A DNA stretch of 64,000 nucleotides, from NCBI RefSeq assembly GCF_009914755.1, contig NC_060928.1; one strand, 5' to 3'. The notes under the pieces are model-generated. The model saw nothing but the letters and a program-made list of their open reading frames with translations, was not told the DNA's origin and did not search any database. Below are positions 27,741-39,345 of this stretch, piece by piece. Positions within the stretch are counted from its first letter, which is position 1; every line of letters begins with the position of its first letter. A program made the translations under genes and the position numbers. The stretch is from the human T2T-CHM13v2.0 reference genome, Homo sapiens.

Positions 27741-28049
27741 AAAGAATTTTTGTACCCTTCCCCCTATCCCCTAGAATAACCAAAAAGTCCTTAAGATATA
27801 TTTTCAAAATAACCCCACATTTTTCCTTCTGGGCTTTTACATCCCTAGGACTAGGTTACTACCAAGGTCTAATCAAGTAATAAGCATTTTATTATTGTAA
27901 TAAAGTGCAGAATGGAATATTCAAAAGCCAAAAATGTATGCTTCAGAGACCAAGTATGAAGAAGAGTGGAAGACAAAAGATAATTATGGCCTGAAGTCCT
28001 AGAGGCAGGCCTCATGGAAGACTGGAGAATGAGGGAGACGAGCTATATC

Positions 28050-28600
28050 TTTATGATGGATATCTGGGTGGATTTTCTCATTTTGCTTTGTTTTGCTTTT
28101 GCCTTCTCAGTATCCGTTTCCTAATTCTGTTTTTCTTTTTGGAACTTGCCCCAATCCCACTTTGTTCATTTGGTTTGGAGGGAAACTAACCCCCCACCTA
28201 CTACCCCAACCCATGGGGTGAGTTCTGGTCTGAGGTTTGGCCAACCAGAATTACATTGGTTTGTTCAAGGTGTATAATAAGTTCAGGTCAATAAAAGAAA
28301 ATATGAGACTTTTGCTAAATGATTTAGCGAAAAGAAATCCTCTTTCTATTGGAGGAGGTAAGCTGGTAGGATGAAGTCTAGATCTGTGATGATCATTTAG
28401 GCAATTCATGGGAGAAGCCTAGGGATGGAGACCCAAGACGCAAATTCCTGGTGTGGTTTCATGAGGTCTTGAATTCATGCCTGAAAGAACTAGGCATCTC
28501 CACAGACTTTTTGCCTTCACTATTCATAAATTCCTTTTTATGAATCAAGCCAGTTTGAAGTGTTTATATCCCATGCAGCCAAGAGCATCCAAACTAATAA
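28050..28600 (+). mobile_element. Old ERVL/MaLR LTR (LTR33- or MLT1-like)
   Basis: Ends ATAAATTCCTTTTT..AAGCCAGTTTGAAG..TGCAGCCAAGAGCATCCAAACTAATA, typical LTR 3' end. Confidence 0.55.
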
Positions 28601-29029
28601 AAGCATGGATATGACTTGGATTAGGATGGGTAGAGAAAAACAATAAAAGTGTTTCCAATGAACCATTCTCTCATGAACAAAGGTCAGATGTAGGAACAGG
28701 TGATAAAATGGAAAGAAGACTAGAGATAATATATTGGGGCAGACCATGACATAAATGCTTTTACTGGTCAGTTGGGGACAATGGATGCAAGACTTTAAAC
28801 ACATTGATGGAAGTTCTTATACTAATGATGTCAAAGAATCACTGAAGGTTTTTGAGTAGTAGCCATAGTGATAAGATTAATTTATGTCTGAATAGCACTT
28901 TACAGCTTTCAGAGTGATTATTCTTGTATTATCTTACTTGACCATATTTCAGACATTAATATTATACATTTTTATAATAATAAATGTTGTTTTACATATA
29001 GTGAAACTAGGATTTAGAGAGGTGATATA

Positions 29030-29845
29030 AAACAAGCATTCTATCAAACCCTTCAGTGTTTTCTCATTGTTCTTAGAATAAATTCAAACTGTTTACCACA
29101 AACTTATAATTTCCTACATGGTCTGGCCTCTCATTTTCTCTTTAGTTTTATCCCATTACATTCCCTGCCATGTTTACAGTGCACCAAGATATTGTCTTGA
29201 CTTTCATTTCTTCAAAAGCACCCAGCTTTTCAGGACTTAGGGCCTTAACACATGACGTTCCTCTGCCTGGAATTATCTCTCTGATTTTATTCCTTCAACT
29301 AATACTGCATGTGCCTCAGTTCCTCGCTTTGCCTAGGAGGGCTTTTCCTGACTAACCCTACTCCACATAAAGCAGGAGCCTTTGTTATACTTTCTAGTAA
29401 AACCATGAGTATTTCTTTCAAAGTAATTTAATAATTTCTAATTATGCATTAATTAGTATTATTTGTAATGTTTGTTATTCTATTAGACTATAGTTCCGTG
29501 AAGTATGAGAACTAGAGTCATTTCTTTTTGGTTCCTGTCTATCAAGGACTGAGGACATTAATTTCCTCAGTATTCAGTATCCATTTCCTAATTCTGTTTC
29601 TCTCTTTGGAATTTGCCCCAACTGCTTTGTTCATTTGTTTTGGAGGGGAACGAACTCCACCTAGTACCCCCAATCCATGGGGTGAGTTCTGGTCTGAGGT
29701 TTGGCCAACCAGAATTACATAGGTTTGTTCAAGGTGTATAGTAAGTTTAGGTCAATAGAACAAAACGTGAGACTTTTGCTAATTTCCTCAGTGGCCCTGA
29801 ATCAGAATTGTTGAGTGAATTAAAGAATAAATGAATGAATAACTT
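29030..29845 (+). mobile_element. L2 3' region interrupted by a local duplication
   Basis: AGGGCCTTAACACATGACGTTCCTCTGCCTGGAAT..CTATTAGACTATAGTTCCGTGAAG..; tail GAATAAATGAATGAAT. Confidence 0.7.
29574..29782 (+). repeat. Local duplication of 28107-28318
   Basis: About 210 nt, roughly 88-90% identical by manual alignment; flanked by TAATTTCCTCAGT twice. Confidence 0.92.
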
Positions 29846-30169
29846 TCTACTTTCTGAACTGTAAAATATGAATACAAATAAAAATGTTTATGGCTTAGTT
29901 TATAAGATTCTGTAACAATTAAATTAGATAATGCTTGTTAAAAGTGGGTGATGTTTTCACCCAAGCACCTGCATTGGCCCCTTTAAATTGGGTTTTGCTA
30001 TAGCCAAGTGTTGTGGAGAAAGGATATTTGCTAAATCCCTTTATCTCTATGTTCTAATCAAAGAAGGGGTCTCCCATAATGTAGAGAAAATCATCTTTCT
30101 ACTCAAGGCAGACAGTGAGGCCACGAGGTTTACTGCTTAATGATAGAAAACAAAACCAAGATTAGCATC

Positions 30170-30412
30170 ATTATTGTCATTATTACCACTACCATTATCT
30201 TAGTGCTTATAATGTGTCACTCATGCTTTGACTCCATCTATTGGGTTAATTGTCACAATAACCCTGTAGCAGAAGTGGATATTATTGTCTACATTTTCAG
30301 ATGAAGAGGTAGATGCAGAGATGGTAATAAATATGCCCTATATCACATGGTCAGAGGCTCAGCCAGGACCAATCCAAGCAATCTAGTTTCTGAAGCTGTG
30401 TACTTAACCATT
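30170..30412. mobile_element. MIR
   Basis: TCACAATAACCCTGT..ATTTTCAGATGAAGAGG..TACTTAACCATTG. Confidence 0.6.
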
Positions 30413-31199
30413 GCAAATACTGCCAATTTCATCACCATTTGGCTACACTGGTAGGGGCAGCACAGAAAGACTTGCTATGTATCTCTGCCTTCTGGGCACA
30501 GCCACCTCCAGGTATCAGACAGGGCAGAGTAGTCACACAGAGGGACATCAGCTGTATAGTTCCTTGAGCCTCCCTTATTCCTCAAGGGGCCTATGCCAAG
30601 GGAAGATCCAGTGGCTATCAAGGTTCCTGTCAGGAAAGGTGACAGAGATCCATCAACAGAGTGGTGGACAGGACCCCCAGGCCAGTGAGCTGCATGGGGA
30701 TGGTGCAAAGAGTCAGGATTTGCAGCCAGTGGGTACCAAAGTGAGGCCAAATAAGCCAGAAACCCCCTCAGACTTCCAGCCAGAGACAAAGTCGAGATTA
30801 GCATCTGTAAGAGTCACAAGCTTCAGCCACTACAGGGATCTTGTATGGCTCATTGAATTGCATCTGTTTTCTTTCTTTCTTTTCTTTTCTTTTTTGAATA
30901 CTAAACCAAATTATAAATAACACAAAAGAATCAGTGATTAAAAAAAAAACATACTTTAGCTTCTATTGTTCTACAACTAGCACTAGATTGCAGGCACGGA
31001 TCAGTGTGAGAAATCAAAATGAGCCTGCTAAAAATCTTCCTTGATGGATATTTAAGTCACTGACTCTCACTGATTTATCCAATGAAGAAATGTGAAGAAA
31101 AAGGTAGTCATTTCCCAACCTGGCAATTCTCTCCTGCAGAGTGAAGAGTTGAAATTGAGAAGAGAAACACTGAGAACACCTCAGGAGTGGGACAGAAAC

Positions 31200-31500
31200 A
31201 TAGTTTCTGTGGGATGAATAGATACATAGTTTTACATTTTCTCATAGCCACATTAAATAAAAGTAAAAAGAAACAATGAAGTTAATTTAAACAATATGTT
31301 TTAACCTATATTGTCAAAATACTATTTCAACATGCAATGAATATAACAATTACTACATTTATGTTCTTTTTTCATACACAGTCATTGAAATCTGATGTGT
31401 ATTTTGTATTTCCAGCCTATGTCAATTTTGATTAGCCAAATTTTAAAAGTCCTTAAAGAGGAGTATGTGTCTAGTGGCTATATTATTGGACAGCCCAGAT
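31200..31500. mobile_element. hAT-Charlie fossil (MER33/MER3-like)
   Basis: ATAGCCACATTAAATAAAAGTAAAAAGAAAC..CTAGTGGCTATATTATTGGACAGC. Confidence 0.7.
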
Positions 31501-33064
31501 TAAAAGTACTGAGTTGGCTAAATTTAGACTGCGCTAAATAATATTTTATTTTCTAGGAACCAGTGCATGAAGCTTAACAGGAAAGCTAGAACAAACACGG
31601 AAAAAATAAACTACATTCTGACTGCCTAGCTGAGTTTCCTTGTGAGTTAGGATTTCAACCTCTTCAACCTTTCAGCATTTATAAATCACTTAACGTAGTG
31701 TCTGACACAGTGCAAGAGTACAGGAGTGTGAACTGTTTTTATTAGCGGCATTATTAATAGCAGGGACAGAACGAATGACCAGGTCTCCTGACTTCTAACC
31801 AAACGCCCTTTCCAGAATCTCAGGGGCCTCTCATGTTGGCAATACATTTGTGCTAAGAAGACAAAGTCATGATTGGCCATCAACGTTATTAAAACTTGTA
31901 CACTGGATTCCTGGTGCTGTAAGATCTGAGATACTTCAAATGAACTGCTTGCAAAACAAAGTACTGAAAAACAAATCTTCTCATTTTCCTGAACTGACCT
32001 TTAAATCCACACATACTGCCTCTGCCATGCAGCCCTGGCTGCTAAGCACCCTGATGTTCTTATTAAAGATGCAAGATCCAGCTTGCTAGCAGGAAGCACC
32101 AGAGGCCTGTCATGGTTGAAAGTCAGTGTTGGGAGGCTGTGTTTTTATGTGAATATATTCTCATCAGTGAAAAAACTTACTGAGGCCACACTTGAGCTAC
32201 ATTCTTACTAATGAATCAACTAAGAAAATGAAAGTTAAAAATGCTTCATAACTATCTTTTTGCAACATCCTCAGAACTGACAATGAAAGAAAATGCATTT
32301 TCTTAAGACAGCAGCTCTTGGGGACAACCATAGCAACCAAATCAAAGCCAGAGTATTACACAGAGGAGAGAAGCCAACTGTGAATGGGTAAGTACCAAAT
32401 TAAGTCCCTTTTCTAGAAATGTATCCTCAGGATCCATTTGTTGTTCCTAGTCACTAAACATTTTGTAAAGGTTACCTAGTCTATTAGGAAACTTGTCCTT
32501 ATATTAATACTTTTTTAAACCCCGAGGGACAGATTAAAATGCTTATGACCACAAGTGTGAAAGAATCACACACAGCCAAAGGAGGAACCTCAACTACACC
32601 CCCTTTACAGGTAATATGGAAAAATCAAGCTTCCTCACTCTGAGTGGCAAATGTTTAGGGAGTGGATCAGAGAGCTGTCTGCAGCAGCAGAATATGGTGA
32701 TTACACTTATTCCTTTTTCACTCTGTCGTCGTTCATCTACCATGGGCAGGTACTGTGCTAGGTCCTGAGGATAGACAAGAAATGTAGTTCTGCCTTGATG
32801 GAACCCACAGTCTCGTGGAGGGGAAGAAAAACATTAATTAACAAATTATGTAGACACTTAATAATTTAAATTGATTGAACATTTTGTACCAGGACCTGTA
32901 ATCAATATTAAATATATATTATTTCTAGGAATCATCGTACTGCAAATGAACATCAAGCTACAAGTAAAGTATATGCTACAAAGAAGGGGAGCATGGGGTT
33001 ATGGTATCACAAAATAGGAGGCTTGACCCAATTTGAGAGACTAGGAAATGACAAATGAGCAAGA

Positions 33065-33258
33065 GTATGCTGGTAAATGGTTAACAACAAGTTCTCCAGA
33101 GTAAAAGTGTGATGTGTAGTGTTTGCTGATTTCCAGAGTGTAAATAGTTCTGCAATGTCTGATTTTATGCTACTACTGTGATGTCACTGAAGGTGGAATA
33201 GGAAAAAGATGTGCACGATCAGATCTTTTCATGAGCAGAGGTAGTCTTGCTCCAACTA
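33065..33258. mobile_element. hAT fossil (MER63-like)
   Basis: TGCTGGTAAATGGTTAACAAC..TTTGCTGATTTCC..GATGTCACTGAA. Confidence 0.55.
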
Positions 33259-33395
33259 GATATTAGGACAATAAGCTATTGTCTGGAGAAGAAAAGATAG
33301 GCAGCAAGTTGAGTGGGTCTTGAATTCATCTGCTAGGACTGCCATAACAAAATGAAACAACCTGGGTGAATTAAACAACAGAAATTTATTTTCTA

Positions 33396-33797
33396 GTTTT
33401 TTTTAAATTTTACTTTAAGTTCTAGGGTACATGTGCACAACGCGCAGGTTTGTTACATAGGTATACATGTGCCATGTTGATTTGTTGCATCCATTAACTC
33501 GTCATTTACATTAGGTATTTCTCCTAATGCTATCCCTCCCCCAGCCCCCCAACCCCCAAAATGTCCATCAATGATAGACTGGATTAAGAAAATGTGTCAC
33601 ATATATACCATATATACCATGGAATACTATGCAGCCATAAAAAAGGATGAGTTCATGTCCTTTGCAGGGACATGGATGAAGCTGGAAACCATCATTCTCA
33701 GCAAACTATCACAAGGACAGAAAACCAGACACCGCATGTTCTCACTCATAGGTGGGAATTGAACAATGAGAACACTTGGACACAGGGCAGGGAACAT
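33396..33797 (-). mobile_element. L1PA 3' end with 5' inversion
   Basis: Antisense 3' terminus 33396-33556 followed by sense ORF2 C-terminus/3' UTR (translates TMEYYAAIKKDEFMSFAGTWMKLETIILSKL); ATTTTCT on both sides. Confidence 0.92.
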
Positions 33798-34073
33798 TTT
33801 CTCAGTTTTGGAGGCTTGGCATCCAAGATCAAGATGCCAGCAAGGTTGGTTTTGCCTGAGGGCACTTTTCCTGGTGTGTAGACAACCACATTTTCACTGT
33901 GTCCTCTCATGACATTACCTCTATGTTTGCAGGGAGGAAAAGATATATGGTATCTCTTCCTTTTCTTATAAAGACACAAATCCTTAGGTTGTTTATGGCC
34001 CCATCTTTATGACCTCATTTAACCTTATTAACATCCCTAACAGCCCTGTCTCCAAAAACCATCACATTGGGGG

Positions 34074-34457
34074 TGATATTAACTATAGGCTTTGTGTCCC
34101 TACCCAAATCTCATCTTGAATTTTAATCCCCTTAACTCCCATGTTTGGTCAAGGGAGAGAACAGGTGGAGGTGATTGGATCATGGAGGCGGTTTCCCCCA
34201 TGGTAGTTTCGTGATAGTGAGTGAGTTCTCCTGAGATCTGATGGTTTTTTAAGGGGCTCTTCCCCTTTGCTCAGCACTTCTCCTTCCCACTGCCTTGTGA
34301 AGAAGATTTCTTGCTTCCCCTTCACCTTCCACCATGATTGTAAGTTTCCTGAGGCTTCCCCAGCCATGCTGAACTGTGAGTCAATTAAACCTCTTTCCTT
34401 TATAAATGACCAAGTCTCAGGTGATTATTTACAGTGGTATGAAAATGGATTAATACA
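34074..34457 (+). mobile_element. THE1-like solo LTR
   Basis: CCCAAATCTCATCTTGAAT..CCATGATTGTAAGTTTCCTGAGGC..AATGGATTAATACA; imperfect TSD GGGGG/GAGGG. Confidence 0.9.
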
Positions 34458-34712
34458 GAGGGTTAGGGCTTCAACATTTACATTTTGTGGGTTCATAATT
34501 CAGTCTATAACAGTTCCTACCCTCTCCGTTTGCACAGTGAATGCATATGTCATTTCTCTGACTCTGGGGTTTCCAAACTGCAAGCTACAGGTAGGAATAC
34601 GGTGTCCTTAGAGCCATGATAAGGGATTTAGGCAGGCATAAATGCATACCCAGAATCTGCCTGTAGAATGAGTAGATATCTTACCTATATAAATAAACTG
34701 AAATTCTCATAA

Positions 34713-35028
<316 letters not shown>

Positions 35029-36311
35029 AGCAATTACATATTCTTATGATAAATAAAATAATAATGCACTAAAGATATTGGTAAGTTCCTTGTAGCTTTT
35101 TTTCATATAGTATTTTATCAGTAAGAAAACACGACTGATTTAAATCTGGAAAATGAGTTACTGAAGCTGGATGTTAAAAATAATTAAGGGTTTACCCAGT
35201 TGTAAAGGACAGAAGACATGCCAGAGGTAGGTTCTATCTGGAGCAGACTCAGAATGGTCCATGGTGTGGGTAGGTAGAGCACAATATTATTGGAGAAGAC
35301 ACTGAGGTGACAGTAAAAGACTAGGAGCAGATGTGGAGGGTTATTTTACTTTGCTAGGTAGTGTGGGCATCCCCCTGGTTATACTGGGCTTTTCACAAAG
35401 AGCTTTAATGCGGAATACAATTTGAGAAGACCTGCGTTGCAGAGGAATCTTTTGTTAATATGGAAGATGGATTGCAGAAGCCAGGATCTGGGAGCATGAA
35501 GATCAGATACAAGGCTGTGGCAGTAGTTCTGAAACATGAAGAGGGCTGTGTCAGAGGAGGTTCAAAACACAGGATGGCACTGATGCAGTTCTTACCATAC
35601 TTTTCCTCCACACACATGTGGACTCTATCTTTTCTCATCAGACTACTGATGACACAAAGATGATGAACGTCAAACAGATATACTAATTTTCTACCAACAA
35701 AAATTGGTTAATTAAATAATAAATCAATGTTTATAAGCACACATTATAATTAAGATTCTATTTACAATTTTTACCAAATAGTCTTTGGAGGAACCTATAC
35801 ATTGTTTCACTTATTTATGCCAGAGAGCTTCAATGTAATGTCTTTGGTTTAGAGAACTACAAGGGAGAAAATCCTGTGTGTAAATGACGGATTTAAAACA
35901 GATAGATTTTGTCATACCCTCAAGGTGAACAAGGTTTTCTCATTTCTAGAAGTTTAGAATTGGTTTTCTTAATAGTTCGGATTTAAATCTTGACAGCTAG
36001 AAATAAAGTCAAAAGAGTAGAGTAAATTCAGATTGTTGAGATCCTAATTGATTTCAGTGTTTGATTTTTGCATAATGTTTAGCACACCTAGGAAAAGTCA
36101 AGCCCTGGTTAGACAGAATTATTAAAGAGACTCGCTTACATAATTTTGTCCTCACCAGGCACTGTGGCATACTTCTCTTTTTATGCCCATATATTTAATG
36201 TAGAGCATTATGAAAATGGTGGGAGGTTTCTCTGAGAATGATTGGGCCCACACAGACAAAAAAAATACATAGCTCTTAAGTGCTTACATACATTACTTTA
36301 TTAAATTCTTT

Positions 36312-36614
36312 TTTTTTTTTTTTAGACAGTCTTGCTCTGTCGGCCAGGCTGGTGGCTGGAGTACAGTGGCACGATCTCAGCTCACTGCAACCTCCGTCTC
36401 CCCAGCTCAAGCAATTCTCCTGCCTCGCCTCCCGAGTAGCTAGGATTACAGGTGTGTGCCACCATGCCTGGCTAATTTTTGTATTTTTAGTAGAGACGGG
36501 GTTTCACCATGTTGGCCAGGCTGGTCTCGAACTCCTGACCTCAGGTAATCTGCCCGCTTCAGCCTCCCAAAGTGCTGGGCCACTTTGTACAGGCATGAGC
36601 CACCATGCCCGGCC
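36312..36614 (-). mobile_element. AluS-like element with small internal insertions
   Basis: Alu consensus; TSD TACTTTATTAAATTCTTT at 36294 and 36615. Confidence 0.95.
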
Positions 36615-36759
36615 TACTTTATTAAATTCTTTCATCAGCTTTACAAAGTGCTGTTATCATTCCATTCCACAGACCACGGAGCTGAAGCTTTACTTGCCTA
36701 AATACACAAAACTCAAAAGTAGATGCCACCTTTTCTGTCTGACTGCAGGGGCTGGGCTT

Positions 36760-37210
36760 TAACCATGCCACCACACACATTTTCTTCTTCATTGCTCTCT
36801 GTATCCAGTCAAATCCCAGGTACTGCTGAGTCTTTCCTGGATTGTTCTCGAATATTTGCTCCTGTCCCACCCCTTCATCAGACCTACCATCCAGCTTGTA
36901 CCAAGACATGGCAAGCACCACCTAACCCTCTGGCTCCAAACCAGACTTTTCAAATACAAATCTGATTGGACCATTGCCCAGGCTTTAAACCCTTTAATAG
37001 TATCCCACTACCCTCATGATAAAATCAAGAATAATGAAATTAGAAATCCATATTAGACTTAGGAGACTTGATGTGAGCATAGCCCTACGTGATTCTACAG
37101 CCCCTACTTCACAATCTATGTTCTAAGTACAGAAACTACCTATATCTAATCATCTAACAGATATGCAGCGCTCTTTCGTACCTCTGGCACTTACGTATGA
37201 TGTTTTCTCA
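36760..37210 (+). mobile_element. L2 fragment
   Basis: CTTTTCAAATACAAATCTGATTG..TTTAAACCCTTTAATAG..CCCACTACCCTCATGATAAAATC. Confidence 0.55.
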
Positions 37211-37579
37211 AGGACCCCAGAGAACTGAAAGGCCCTGAGCTCAAGCTGGAGCCCAGCTTTTCAACCCAACATAACAACACTGGCAAATAACCATCCTGAG
37301 ATATATTTGTATAATGTGAAAAAGACAGGGAGCCCACTCTTTTGTAAAGCAGACCGGTTCTTTGCAAAAGTTAGTTATATATATAGCTACAGGTACCAGC
37401 ATCTTGTGTCTCATGATTCCCATCCATTGCCCTCTAAGTTCTGCCCTCTGGAGTTACTTAAGAGCAATCTAATTCTTTTGTACACAATGTTATATTGCCA
37501 AATATTAAAGTCAATTCTCATATATTTTTATTCTAATGTTTATACTTAGACATAATTTTGTGTATGAGTGTATATGCTA

Positions 37580-37893
37580 TTTTCTTTTCGTTTATTTTCT
37601 TTCCTTTTCTTTTGAGACAGAGTCTTGCTCTGTATCCCAGGCTGGAGTGCAGTGGCATGATCCTAACTCACTGTAATGTCCACCTCCTGGGTTCAAGATA
37701 TTCTTGTGCCTTAGCCTCCTGAGTAGCTGGGATTACAGGCATGCACCACCATGCCCAGCTAATTTTTGTATTTTTAGTAGAGATGGGGTTTTGCCTTGTT
37801 GGCCAGGCTGGTCTTGAACTCCTGGCTTCAAGTGATCTGCCTGCCTTGGCTTCCCAAAGTGCTGAGGTTGCAAGTGTGAGCCACCATGCCCAG
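37580..37893 (-). mobile_element. Alu (AluJ/AluS-like)
   Basis: Alu consensus; flanks TGTATATGCT / TGTGTATGCT. Confidence 0.93.
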
Positions 37894-38094
37894 CTGTGTA
37901 TGCTGACTTCATAAGAAGACAAGAGAGTGCATAAAACACAAGGGAGACAAAGGTGAGAATAAGTCGTCAATCCTATACTCCTTAGATATATCTTCTAAAA
38001 CAATAGTTCCCAAGCTTCTTGTATTGTTACCCCATCAAAAAAGTGCATTTCACATTATGGCCCACTATACGCATGCACACACCCACACGCATTT

Positions 38095-38306
38095 AGTCAT
38101 GTGCCATATAAAGACGTTTCAGCCAACCATGGACTGCACTTATGATGATGTTGTAGCCTAGGAGCAACAGGCTGTACCATATAGCCTGGGTGTGTAGCAG
38201 ACTATACCAGTGAGATTCGTCTAAGAAGCTCTATGATGTTCATACACTGACAAAATCACCTGACAACATCAGAATATATCCCCATTGTTAAGTGATGCAT
38301 GACTAT
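38095..38306. mobile_element. Tigger3-like non-autonomous element
   Basis: TIR-like ends AGTCATGTGCCATATAAAGACG and GTTAAGTGATGCATGACT. Confidence 0.7.
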
Positions 38307-38317
38307 GTATCATAGAC

Positions 38318-39345
38318 ATTTGACCCTTGAGCAACTCATGGTTTAGGGGCACTAACCTCCATGTAGTCACAACTTTTGAGTTCCCAATAACTTAACTACT
38401 AATGGCCTGCTCTTGACCAAAACCTTACCAATAACATATAGTTGATTAACACATGTTTTGTATGTTATATGTATTATATACAATATTCTTACAATAAAGG
38501 ATGGTAGAGAAAAGAAAATATTATTAAAAATCATACGGAAGAAAAATATGTTTCGAGTACTGTACCGTATTTATTGATTCTGTAAGTTTACAAGATGAAC
38601 AGTCGGTCTAAGATGGCAGCAACTGCAGCTGCAGACCTCAATCAATGGTCCATATCAAGCAATTCAACTTTTTCTTATATATCACGTCATGAATTTTCCC
38701 TGCTTCTTGGGGAAACTTCCAGCATGACTAGTGGCGCTGCCTTTGTATAAGTCCCATGTCACTTGGTATTGCACTAAACACAATGAAAAACACATAAGAG
38801 CTATAAGAAATTACTTTTCACTGTGATACAAAATTTACTGGAGACATGAACTGCTCATGTAGAGATGATTAGCATCACTCGGCATTTTAAATGTATATTC
38901 CCAAAACTTGAGCTCACCAGAATGGCAACAGAAGGTGACTACAAAATTATTACAGTGGTACAGTATTATTACAGTTAATTGTATGCAGTTATAATTTAAT
39001 ATTGCATCTTTGCATTTGTTTACATTTGTCTCAACTGTGAGGGGCACCATAATAGATTTATGTATATTTAAGGTGGCAAATGATAAAATAGACTAGTATC
39101 TACTATTCTAGATCTACTATCTACTACTCTCTACTAGTAGCTACTATTTTAGATCTACTATTTTAGAATAGTATCTACTATTTTATGAATTTGTCATATA
39201 CTTTTTTTTACTTTTTTGGTATTTCTAGGATACTCAGTTCATCTGCTAGTTTTCCGAATTGTAGCAAGTCTCAAAAGTTCTTTCAATATATTTTTTGAAA
39301 ACAATCCACATCTAAACAGACCTGCACAGCAAGAGTCAACTGTAT
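38318..39345. mobile_element. Tigger2-derived element (Tigger2a/2b-like)
   Basis: TIRs TTGACCCTTGAGCAAC and CAAGAGTCAACTGTA; internal AACTTAACTACTAATGGCCT..GTTGATTAACACAT. Confidence 0.8.

Larger units (their letters stand above)
33315..34512 (-). mobile_element. MLT1A/B-like LTR split by an L1PA and a THE1 insertion
   Basis: CTAGGACTGCCATAACAAAAT..AAACAACAGAAATTTATTTTCT | CAGTTTTGGAGGC..ATCACATTGGGGG | TTAGGGCTTCAACAT..ATTCAGTCTATAACA. Confidence 0.8.

Noticed and set aside
30411-30920. Longest ORF (169 aa)
   Set aside because: Starts at TTG at a MIR edge, no recognisable domain, ends in a T-rich low-complexity run; consistent with chance.
36280-36762. 160-aa ORF and similar ORFs at 1541, 11265, 24128, 44171, 47794, 59414
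   Set aside because: Translations of Alu sequence.
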